From positions 77,185 through 141,184 of the forward strand of contig CAWJWP010000021.1 in assembly GCA_963846495.1 (NCBI GenBank): a DNA stretch of 64,000 nt. Reading direction: 5' to 3'. A program made the translations under genes and the position numbers. The first letter of the stretch is position 1, and each line of letters opens with the position of its first letter. A model generated the notes under the pieces. It did not search any database and was not told where the DNA came from. It was given only the letters and a program-made list of their open reading frames with translations. Positions 53,837-64,000 of this stretch are shown here, piece after piece. Source of the stretch: Thermoanaerobaculia bacterium. Lineage in GTDB: Bacteria; Acidobacteriota; Thermoanaerobaculia; Multivoradales; JAIOJS01.

Positions 53837-56297
53837 CTACTTGCGCGGGCGCCCGCGCGAGTACTGGCCGGGCCAGTCGTAACCCGGGTGGTCGTAGCGC
53901 ACCGCGGCGTGCGCGGTGAGGTACGGATCGGCGAGGTGTGGCCGCGCCATCACCGCCAGGTCCGCGCGCCCGGCGGCGAGCACAGTGTTCGCGTGGTCGG
54001 CGCCGAGCAGCGCCCCCACCGCCATCACCGGCACCTCGGCTTCGTGGCGGATCTGGTCGGCGAACGGCACCTGGTACATGCGGCCGAAGTCGATCTGGGA
54101 CAGCGGCGAGTTGCCGCCCGAGGAGACGTCGATGAGGTCGCAGCCGAGCCGGCGCAGCTCGCGTGCGACGACGACCGCGTCGTCGGGGGTCATGCCGCTG
54201 CCATCGGGCATCCAATCGGAAGCGGTCAGCCGCACCGAGATCGGCTTGTGCGCCGGCCAGGCGTCGCGCACGGCGGCGAACACCGAGAGCGGCCAGCGCA
54301 TGCGGTTCTCGAGGCTGCCGCCGAAGTCGTCGCGCCGCACGTTGGCGAGCGGCGAGAGGAAGCTCGACAGCAGGTAGCCGTGCGCCATGTGGATCTCGAG
54401 CCAGTCGAAGCCGGCCTCGTCGGCCCACTGCGCAGCGCGCGCGAAACGGTCGCGCACGCGATCGAGATCGGTGGCGGTCATCTCGCGCGGCGCGGGCCAT
54501 TCGGGCTTGAAGGGGAGCGACGAGGGCGCGATCGTCTGCCAGGCGTCCTCGGCGGCGGTGAGTGGGTAGTCGGAGTCGCCTTCCCACGGGTGGTGCGTGG
54601 AGCCCTTGCGGCCGGCGTGCGCGATCTGCAGGCCGATCTTGGCCGCCGAGCGCGCGTGCACGAAGTCGACGATGCGGCGCCAGGCGGCGACGTGTGCGCG
54701 TTCGTACATGCCCGCGCAGCCGAGGGTGATGCGCCCCTCGGCCTCGACGTCGGTCATCTCGGCGATGACGAGGCCGGCGCCGCCGAGCGCGCGGCTGCCG
54801 AGGTGGACGAGGTGCCAGTCGTCGACGGTGCCGTCGACGGCCGAGTACTGGCACATCGGCGAGACGACGATGCGGTTGGCGAGCTCGAGCGAGCGTACGC
54901 GGAACGGAAGAAACATCGGCGGCGGCGCCGGCTCGACGTCTTGGTGCGCAGAGCGCACCCTCGGGACGTTGTGTAGGGTGCGCTCGCGCATCCGCGGCCG
55001 GCGCCGGCGAGACACCGGAGCGTGTGCCATCGGGCTCCACTTGCCAGACGATGCCGCCTGGCCCTAGGCAACCCTGACCAGTCCCGTCCCATCGATAGCC
55101 CATCGGCGCGCCGTCAGTGCGCGCGAAGAAGCCATCGACGGCCGCGACCAGCGCCGGGTCGCGCTCGCGGAGGTTGTCGTAGGTGATGCGCTTGCTGCGC
55201 GTCATCATGTTGAAGGTGAGCTGCAGCGGGTGCTGGCCGAGGTAGCGGCCGGCGGCGCAGGCCTCGAACCACTCGCGGCTGGTCTTCGCCGCCTTTTGCA
55301 GCTTCGCCACCTCGACGCGCCGCGACTCCTCGTAAGCGGCGAGCGCCGCCCACAGATCACCAGGCCCGTGCGCGCGAAGCGCGTCGACGAGAGCGATGGC
55401 GTCCTCCATCGCCAGCTTGGTGCCCGAGCCGATGGAGAAGTGGGCGGTGTGGACCGCGTCGCCGATCAGCACCACCGGCACGGCGCGCTCGTCCGCGGCC
55501 GGCGCGACCTCGGCGCTCCAGCGCTCGCAGGCGACGGTGGGGAAGGTGCGCCAGATCGAGCGGTTGGCGACCAGGGGATGGCCGGCGAGGAAGTCGCCGA
55601 AGACCTCTTCGCAGAACGCGACGGTGCGCGCCTCGCCGGCATCGACGAGACCGGCGGCGCGCCAGGTCGCCTCCGCGCACTCGACGATCCAGGTCGCCAT
55701 GCCGTCGTCGTAGGGATAGGCGTGCACCTGGAAGAGGCCGTGCGGCGTCTCCGCGAAGAGGAACGTGAAGGCCTCGAGCGGCCGCGTCGTGCCGAGCCAG
55801 CAGAAGCGCGCCGCGCCCTGCTCGACGCGCGGCGCCAGCGCGGCGGCGAGCTCGCGGCGCGCCAGGCTGTTGGCGCCGTCGGCGGCGACGAGGAGGTCGT
55901 AGCCGTCGGCGGCGAGCTCGGCGAGCGAGCGCACCTCGCGCTCGAAGACGAGCGTGACGCCGAGCTCGCGGCAGCGCTCCTGGAGCAGCGCGAGCAGCAC
56001 GCGCCGCGACAGCGCCGCGAAGCCGTGGCCACGCGACACCGTGCAGGTGCGGCGGTAGAAGGTCTCGATCGCGTCCCAGCGACGGAAGCGCGCCGCGATG
56101 GCGGCATAGCTGGGCGGGTCCGCGTCGCGGAAGGCGCCGAGGGTCTCGTCGGAGAAGACGACGCCGAAGCCGTAAGTGTCGTCGGCGCGGTTGCGCTCGA
56201 CGACCGTCACCTCGGCGTCGGGCAGCGCCTGGCGCAGCAGCAGCGCGAAGTAGAGGCCGCCCGGTCCGCCGCCGAGCACGCCGACCCGCAGCGTCAT
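53837..56297 (-). CDS. Bifunctional anthraniloyl/salicylyl-CoA monooxygenase-reductase (AbmA-like); frameshift in the inter-domain linker
   Basis: GGGPGGL, TYGFGVVFSD, GDAVHTAHFSIGSGTKLAMEDA, TRSKRITYDNL. OYE half: NRIVVSPMCQYS, AHAGRKGS, HMAHGYLL, GRMYQVPFADQIR. Confidence 0.85.
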
Positions 56298-57019
56298 GCG
56301 GCGAGCTCGAGGAACCGCTTCGCCAGCTGCGGGCCGCGCCCCTCCTCCTCGTGCTTGAAGAAGACGAAGGCGCGCTCCCACCCTTGGTCGCGCACGCGCG
56401 CCGCCCACTCGTGCAGCGCCACCTCGTCGTAGTCGCTCTTGCGTAGGCGAAGGTAGCCGAAGCGCGCCCCGGGGACGATCGACGCCGGCGACTCGTCGGT
56501 GTCGCTGGCGCAGACCGCGCAGCCGGCGGCGACGACGGCCGCGCCCACTGCCGGATCGTCCCAACTCTGGTGGCGGAACTCGAAGGCCACCGGCGCGCGT
56601 GATCCAGCGACGAGCGGAAGGAACTTCTCGAGCCGCCCCGGCTCGCCTTCGGTGCGCTCCTCGACCGGCTCGCGCTCGAGGTTCGGCGGCAGCTGGAACA
56701 GCACCGCGCCGAGGCGGTCGCCGAGCGTCTGGAGCTGCGACAGGAAAAACGTGACGCTGTCACCGGCGTCGACGAGCCGCTTCCAGTGCGTGATGCGCTG
56801 CGGCGCCTTCAGCGCGAAGCGGAAGCTCGTGGGCACTTGCTCCGCCCAGCCGGCGAGCAGCTCGCGCTTCGGCATGCGGTAGAAGGTGTTGTTGATCTCC
56901 ACCGTGCCCAACCGCTCGGCGTAGTAGCGGAGCATCTCCTTCCCCGGCAGGTCGGCGGGGTAGAAGAACCCCTTCCACTGCTGGAAGCTGAAGCCGCTGG
57001 TGCCGACGAAGAGCTCCAT
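56294..57019 (-). CDS. DUF72 domain protein
   Basis: VGTSGFS...WKG.FYP, VEINNTFY, F.LKAP..ITH, LFQLPP, EFRH.SW, YLRL, FFKH. Confidence 0.92.
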   Translation of the reverse strand: MELFVGTSGFSFQQWKGFFYPADLPGKEMLRYYAERLGTVEINNTFYRMPKRELLAGWAEQVPTSFRFALKAPQRITHWKRLVDAGDSVTFFLSQLQTLGDRLGAVLFQLPPNLEREPVEERTEGEPGRLEKFLPLVAGSRAPVAFEFRHQSWDDPAVGAAVVAAGCAVCASDTDESPASIVPGARFGYLRLRKSDYDEVALHEWAARVRDQGWERAFVFFKHEEEGRGPQLAKRFLELAA

Positions 57020-57022
57020 GAG

Positions 57023-58640
<1,618 letters not shown>

Positions 58641-58687
58641 GGAATCGAGTCTACGTCGTGCGCGTCGCGCGCTATCTTCGCGCTGCG

Positions 58688-59499
58688 ATGACGGTCTCGC
58701 CCGCTGAGCCTGCGCGCGCTCCTCGACGAAGCGACCGCGCTCGTCGCGCGCGCCGCCGAGCTCGTGCGCGCGCGCGTCACCGGCGCCGTTGCCTTCCATC
58801 GCAAAGCCGACCGCACCTGGGTGAGCGAGATCGACCTCGAAGTGGAAGCGCATGCTGCGCGCCGAGCTCGAGCGCCGCTTTCCCGACGACGGCATCCTCG
58901 GCGAGGAGCAGGGCATCGTGCGCCCCGAGTCGCCGCGCCGCTGGCTGCTCGACCCCATCGACGGCACGCGCAGCCTCCGCCACGGCATCCCCCTCTACGG
59001 CACCATCCTCGGCCTCGAGGTCGACGGCGAGCCGCTGCTCGGCGTCATCGCCCTGCCGGCGCTCGGCCGCCTCTACGCCGCGGCTCGCGGCCTCGGCGCC
59101 TTCCGCGATGGTCAGCCGCTGCGCCAGGCGCCACCTTTGCCCGAAGGTCCGCTGGAAGAAGTCATCGCCCTCGGCGAGCGCCGCCAGTTCACCCGCCCCG
59201 GCGCCGACGCCGCCTTCGCGCGCCTGATCGCCGCCCACCCCGGCGCACGCATCTACCCAGATTGCTTCGCCCACGCTCTCGCCGCCGAGGGCGCGCTGGG
59301 CGCGATGGTCGACTTCGACCTACGGCCCTGGGACCTCGCCGCGAGCCGCGTCCTCGTCGAAGAGGCCGGCGGCCGCTACCTCGTCCTTGCGCAGCGCGGC
59401 GAAGGCGCCGACGCTCGCCGCGACGTCGTGTTCGGCAAGCCGGCGGTAGTGGAGTGGGTCGCAGCAATAATCGCTGGCGCGCTCGCAAGCGTACGCTGA
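58688..59499 (+). CDS. Inositol monophosphatase family (HisN-like); two apparent +1 frameshifts near 58709 and 58851
   Basis: KAD.TWVSEID..VE, FPDDGILGEE, WLLDPIDGT, PWDLAA..V.VEEAGG. The N-terminus is reconstructed as MTVSPAELRALLDEA. Confidence 0.85.
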
Positions 59500-59519
59500 G
59501 CGGCACCAACCGCCGAAGA

Positions 59520-59794
59520 AGCGAGGGGAGCTGCGCGGGCAGTCCAGCTAACCAATGATACTGGATATTTTTGGTTCTTCGACAAAGAGCAATGTCGAGG
59601 TGCTGATCAAGGTGTTGGACACCTGCTCGTTGAACGAGCGGTTCTGGGTGTTTAGTGGAGGGTTGACGGACGTCGAGGTAGAGATGACCGTCACCGACAC
59701 CCTGAGCGGCGCGGTGAGGACCTACTTCAATCCGCAGGGTGTGCCTTATCGTCCCATTCTGGACACCGACGCGTTTTCCACGTGCGAACGGTAG
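59520..59794 (+). pseudogene. Remnant of a C-terminal 'FWFF..NVE..IKVLD.C' domain seen on secreted proteins of Thermoanaerobaculia-type bacteria
   Basis: AVQLTNDTGYFWFFDK then a frameshift into SNVEVLIKVLDTC..NERFWVFSGGLTDVEV..TVTDT..G..RTY.NPQG....I.DT.AF.TC. No start or N-terminal part. Confidence 0.6.
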
Positions 59795-60124
59795 ACGTGT
59801 CGGTGTTATTCGAGCAGTTTAGATCAATCGTAAGGGTGCCTGCCGATTCGAGAAGCTTCGAGAGGGAATGAGGTTGACCAGGGGCTTCGTTCCGAGGTTG
59901 TTGGCACCTCTTCTCGCCACCGCGCGAGTCGCGCCATGTCCGTGACGAACGCATTCGGTTGCCGATTCCTTGCACGTCGGAGAGGGGAGTTTCATATTGT
60001 GTCCCCGAAATGGCCGCATCCTCCCCTGCGCTAGCGATGAAGGCGTGGCACCGCGACTTTCGCTTCGTCGGCGTCCACCCGAAGGTCAGGCTCACTCGCG
60101 GGCGGAGGTGGAGCGCCCTTTGGC

Positions 60125-62551
60125 TTATCTCATGGCTTGTCGGCTTAGCCGCGTAACAGGATTGCGCCCGCCTGGCGCATGGTTGAAATGGACTCCGGTC
60201 AGGCCCGACCACAACACGACATCCGCGGTGACATCTCCATTGTCGAAGCGGCCCACTGGTTGCCCGATTAAGCTGGTGAGCGTTAGGTTTGCGGGAAAGG
60301 GCGTCGACCGGAGCTTTGTCCAGCCCGCCATGCCTGCGGAGGAAATCCACCACCCGCCAATCGGGCTCTTGGCGAGGTCGGCCTTACCATCGCCGGTGAA
60401 GTCGGCGACAATCACCCCGGCCAGTGGTCCTGAAAGACTGGGGTGAAGGGCGATCCACGCCTCGGGGCCCGAATGCTTGGTGAGCATCCGCCACTTGCCG
60501 CGCACGACGGCGACCACATCGGTTTTACCGTCATTGGTAAAATCGCCGAAACGGATGTCGCGCGTCCGATAGGGCTGGGCCGAATAAGGCGCCCAGTTCC
60601 TGGCCCCAGGGGCCACGAACCACTGAGCACCGGTGGCGAGGAAGAGGTCGGACTGGCGGTCTCCGTTGAAGTCGCCGACAGCCAGGTCTGAGAGCTCCCA
60701 GGCTGCCACGTTCACGGTCTGCCAATCCGATCCTCCAGCCCATGAGATCTGGATTTCGCCATTGCGGAGGGCGAGGACATCGGTCCGCCTGTCGCCGTCA
60801 AAGTCACCGAAGCGAAGCGCGCTGGCTTTTTCCGGCATCCGATTGACGAAACGCCACTCGGCCCGGCCACCGGACGAGAAATACCAGGCCGCCCCGGTTC
60901 CCACGAATACATCATCGATGCCGTCCCCGTCAAAATCCCCCACACCAAGGTCGCTCAGGGGGGCCCATTGCTTGAAGGTATTCGCCCAGCGCTTGAGTTT
61001 GTTGGCTGGGTCTAACGTCTGTGACTCAATGGACTCACTCTCGCTGCGGCGGAAAATGTTGTGGTGAAGGTCCGCGCGGTGACAGGGAGTTCCGCGCAAG
61101 CTGAAGTTGACTTTGGACTCTCCATTGTAGCTCTTTTTGAGCCCCAATATCGTGTTCCAACCAACGTCGTAATAATTTCCGGCGATGCCCCCGTACCAAT
61201 GGGTGCGGTGCAGGCTGCCGTGCACGTCAATTTCATGGCTGCCCGACGGGCTCAGAAAGAGGTTGTCATAGGCGAGATAGCCCGACGTCTTGGCGCCACT
61301 GGATGCGATGGGGTGATTCCGAACGTCATACATCACGTTCGCGGCGACAAGCATGAAGCCGCCATCGCCCGTCACAACGCCATACGGGTTCAGGTGATGA
61401 AGAAAATTCCCGACCGCGCGAAACCTCGTTGGCCGCGGATAGGTGAGCGGCGGCTTGGGGCAGTCGGTCAGATAGTCGTTGTCGGGGTTCGGTGGATCCG
61501 GGTTTGGGCCTGCGTCCGGCCCGACGACGTCGATGCCTGATCCGTTCCAATATCCAAGATCGAGGTGGTCGACGAGCAGGCGCGGAAGGGTCTTGGTAGT
61601 CGCGTTTGGATGAACCTCAATGGCATTCACCCAGCCCGCCGGCTTTACATAATCAGGGCAGCGTCCAGGATCCGCAACTGGTCCGCGAAACCGGAACCCC
61701 GTCAATCGAACATTGTCTTCGGTGAGGACAAACGCGGCCTGAGTGCTGGGTCTGCACCGAAAGATTTCCGGGCCTTGATGGGTATATTTTCTGTAACCGC
61801 GCAAGGTCACGCCCGCCGGGATGGTTTTCGATGCATCGCCCGATAGGCGGATAGGCTGCCTGTCATCGAGCTCAATGACTTTGCCCCAGCCGCCTGATGA
61901 AAGCTCACGATCCAGATCAAATTCGCTTGACGCCATGACGAACCCCGAGTGCGGGCGTGCTTCACTGCCGTCCGCTGCTCGGAACCGGAAATACTCGGCA
62001 TCCACCACGTCGCGAGTGCCGACCACGAGCGGTGTGCGAAGGGTCGTAAAATTGTTTGCAGGCTCTACGACGTAGTCGCGCGCGACCCGTCCGGAGGTCT
62101 GGCCGCCGATCAGGATAGCATCTCCATCCAGCGCGAACCGCTGGCGGAACGATCCGTCGCAAAGCTGAAACTCCAGAGGACGACCCAAGATCTTTTGAAG
62201 TCCCGACCCGTTCACCCCAAGGCAGTAGGCCTCGCGGACGCGGAGCTCCACGTCATGGGAGCCATCGGCGATCTCCTTCACTCCGACCCTCTGAGCGGCC
62301 GACCCGTTGCAAAGGTAAATGAAGACAGGCTGGCCGACCGCCCACGACCCCTCGTCGCCAAAATCAAGGCAGCGATTCCCGAGCGCCCGGACGTAGAATT
62401 CGGCGTCCTCGGAATAGACGGTCTTTTTCCTGTCTTGCGCGTGTTTACTACTCGCTCCGACGAGGGCGAGCAGGGCAAGGGTCCCGAGCAAATTGCGACG
62501 AAGAGAAACCGGACCGTGCGGGCCGCGCAGAAGCTTTTGGAAGCGGCTCAT
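60125..62551 (-). CDS. Secreted multidomain protein: ricin-type lectin + beta-helix + FG-GAP/VCBS repeats
   Basis: RRNLL + hydrophobic leader; RCLD..CNG..AQ and YCL..CDG..RQRF ricin motifs; DNVRLTGFRFRGP beta-helix; five to six (G/A)DF.GDG..D repeats. Confidence 0.8.
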   Translation of the reverse strand: MSRFQKLLRGPHGPVSLRRNLLGTLALLALVGASSKHAQDRKKTVYSEDAEFYVRALGNRCLDFGDEGSWAVGQPVFIYLCNGSAAQRVGVKEIADGSHDVELRVREAYCLGVNGSGLQKILGRPLEFQLCDGSFRQRFALDGDAILIGGQTSGRVARDYVVEPANNFTTLRTPLVVGTRDVVDAEYFRFRAADGSEARPHSGFVMASSEFDLDRELSSGGWGKVIELDDRQPIRLSGDASKTIPAGVTLRGYRKYTHQGPEIFRCRPSTQAAFVLTEDNVRLTGFRFRGPVADPGRCPDYVKPAGWVNAIEVHPNATTKTLPRLLVDHLDLGYWNGSGIDVVGPDAGPNPDPPNPDNDYLTDCPKPPLTYPRPTRFRAVGNFLHHLNPYGVVTGDGGFMLVAANVMYDVRNHPIASSGAKTSGYLAYDNLFLSPSGSHEIDVHGSLHRTHWYGGIAGNYYDVGWNTILGLKKSYNGESKVNFSLRGTPCHRADLHHNIFRRSESESIESQTLDPANKLKRWANTFKQWAPLSDLGVGDFDGDGIDDVFVGTGAAWYFSSGGRAEWRFVNRMPEKASALRFGDFDGDRRTDVLALRNGEIQISWAGGSDWQTVNVAAWELSDLAVGDFNGDRQSDLFLATGAQWFVAPGARNWAPYSAQPYRTRDIRFGDFTNDGKTDVVAVVRGKWRMLTKHSGPEAWIALHPSLSGPLAGVIVADFTGDGKADLAKSPIGGWWISSAGMAGWTKLRSTPFPANLTLTSLIGQPVGRFDNGDVTADVVLWSGLTGVHFNHAPGGRNPVTRLSRQAMR

Positions 62552-62651
62552 AGTATTGTGCCCCTTGGTCGGATGATGCGAACCGGGCCAATCACCTGAC
62601 GTCCTTGGAACATCTGGACGATTCGAAAGCGCAGTGCGGGAGCGCTGCGCG

Positions 62652-64000
62652 CTACGGTGTCGGATCGAGCTCCCCCTCGGGAGCGACGATCACATTCGGG
62701 TCCACGGATACGCTGACCTGGTCCACGAGATACCTGGGACTGCCATCATTGCCCTCAAACGTGAGCGTGGTGTTGGTGAACGGCGTCTGGATTCCGTTGA
62801 AGCAGTGGTTCTGCCACGACGTGGTCAATGGAAAGGTTCTGTTGAGCACCTGGCTGCCGCCGGAATGGATCCGCACCACGCCTGCAACCGAGGTTTCGAC
62901 AAGCGCCTTCACCATGAAGCACAAGCGCTGGCCACGGTTAGGCAGGAAGAGCAGCTTGTCGGTCCGAACCGCGTTTACCGTCCCCAGTGCCGCACGGACC
63001 GCGAGGGCGAAGTCCGGCCTGATGGGGGATGCGCTGCTGCCTCTGGGCAGAAAATTGGCGGGACTCGGCCCAGGACCCGCGCCAAGCAACGTGGTCCAGC
63101 CCTGCCGTTCGTCGGCCAGCTCGAAGGTGCTGGTCGCGCCGTCTTCGATCAGCTGGATCTCGCTGACTGCCCCACTGAAAGCTGCCGTGGTGCGTAGCGC
63201 GAGGTGGGGGTCCGGGTCTCCGTCGGTCCTGAGGAGTGCAGTCCGCAGCACTTCCGTGCCCGGCGTTGTCTCCAGGCGCGCGGACGACCAGGCCCCCTGC
63301 CCCGGGCGTTCGAAGCCAATGCTGAGCGCGGCGGCGTCCGAGGCGCTGGTGGTCTTCACCTTCACGCCCACCCGGTAGCTGGTATTGAGCTTGAGATTCA
63401 GGCGCCGGTGCCAGAGCACCAGTTCGGGGCCATGGACGCCGAACTGCTGGGCCCGGGCTGCGTAGTCAATGGAAAAATGCACGACGGCCGATATGCCGGT
63501 TTCCCAGAGCCGGTTGCGGCGCCGGTTGTCGAAGCCCAGCCAGTACGCCGTGCGGCGGCTTTCGCCGATATCGAGCTCGATGGCTTCCTGGACGTCGAGA
63601 ATGCTGTCGCGGCCCTTGTCAACCAGGCCGACGAACCCGTTGATGTCGTACGGTCCCGTAGGGAAGTTGCCGGCAGTGACGTTCTGCAGGCGCCCCACAC
63701 CATTGGGATAGTCCGCGGTCGGGAGCAGCTCGGTATCGAGGTAGGTGCGCATCGAGAAAGCTTGGCGGCCGGGAGCGTCGACTGAGCCCGTGGAGGTCGG
63801 TCCGACCAGGATGCGATGTGTGGTGGCGTCGATCTGGCTTGAGCCACTGGCACCCGGTTGCGTCCAGGTATCCGTTCCGATGCCGACGGGTGTGCCGGCG
63901 GGACCTCCATCGAGCAGGCCGCCCCAGATCCTTTCGGTGATGCTGGTTACCTTGCCCGCCGAATAGAGCGGCAGCATCCTGCCTGGAGTCGGTCCGGTGG
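62652..64000 (-). CDS. Hypothetical protein, 3' part only; C-terminal beta-sandwich (CBM-like) domains
   Basis: The frame is open from 62652 to the window end; beta-strand-rich, ending YLVDQVSV as in jelly-roll modules. Confidence 0.6.
   Translation of the reverse strand, partial: TGPTPGRMLPLYSAGKVTSITERIWGGLLDGGPAGTPVGIGTDTWTQPGASGSSQIDATTHRILVGPTSTGSVDAPGRQAFSMRTYLDTELLPTADYPNGVGRLQNVTAGNFPTGPYDINGFVGLVDKGRDSILDVQEAIELDIGESRRTAYWLGFDNRRRNRLWETGISAVVHFSIDYAARAQQFGVHGPELVLWHRRLNLKLNTSYRVGVKVKTTSASDAAALSIGFERPGQGAWSSARLETTPGTEVLRTALLRTDGDPDPHLALRTTAAFSGAVSEIQLIEDGATSTFELADERQGWTTLLGAGPGPSPANFLPRGSSASPIRPDFALAVRAALGTVNAVRTDKLLFLPNRGQRLCFMVKALVETSVAGVVRIHSGGSQVLNRTFPLTTSWQNHCFNGIQTPFTNTTLTFEGNDGSPRYLVDQVSVSVDPNVIVAPEGELDPTP

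Noticed and set aside
53346-56564. 1072-aa ORF as one protein
   Set aside because: The real part is 56297 to about 54940. The remainder is an off-frame extension past the frameshift.

Overview
A very GC-rich bacterial chromosomal segment. An IPTL-type sorting motif, an ECF/CHAT module and a remnant 'FWFF..NVEV.IKVLD.C' domain suggest Acidobacteriota (Thermoanaerobaculia); this is inference. Housekeeping and metabolic content: partial nuoI, korAB, a BoxD/PaaZ-type ALDH, fdhD, the imuA-imuB-dnaE2 cassette, a Ser/Thr kinase, a BNR/VPS10 hydrolase, Leu dehydrogenase, zur-znuACB, an OYE/DUF72/anthraniloyl-CoA monooxygenase/aryl-CoA ligase operon and an IMPase. The most striking region is 8.2-21.7 kb, a prophage-free cell-surface locus. 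It encodes a 2655-aa adhesin with an INTERNAL IPTL sorting signal followed by a second signal peptide, ten 132-aa repeats and a beta-helix. It also encodes three tandem phage tail-collar paralogs, a Tat-type protein, two GNATs, a stand-alone paralog of the adhesin's beta-helix tip and a DUF6916-like protein. A second candidate system is an ECF sigma / zf-HC2-TM-TPR-CHAT protease / orphan helical protein triad (26.9-32.1 kb). A lower-GC island of secreted lectin-like proteins starts at about 59.5 kb. Several conserved genes carry frameshifts (mostly single-base), most likely assembly errors. No rRNA, tRNA, CRISPR array or transposase was recognised. All family calls come from motif recognition by eye, not database searches.
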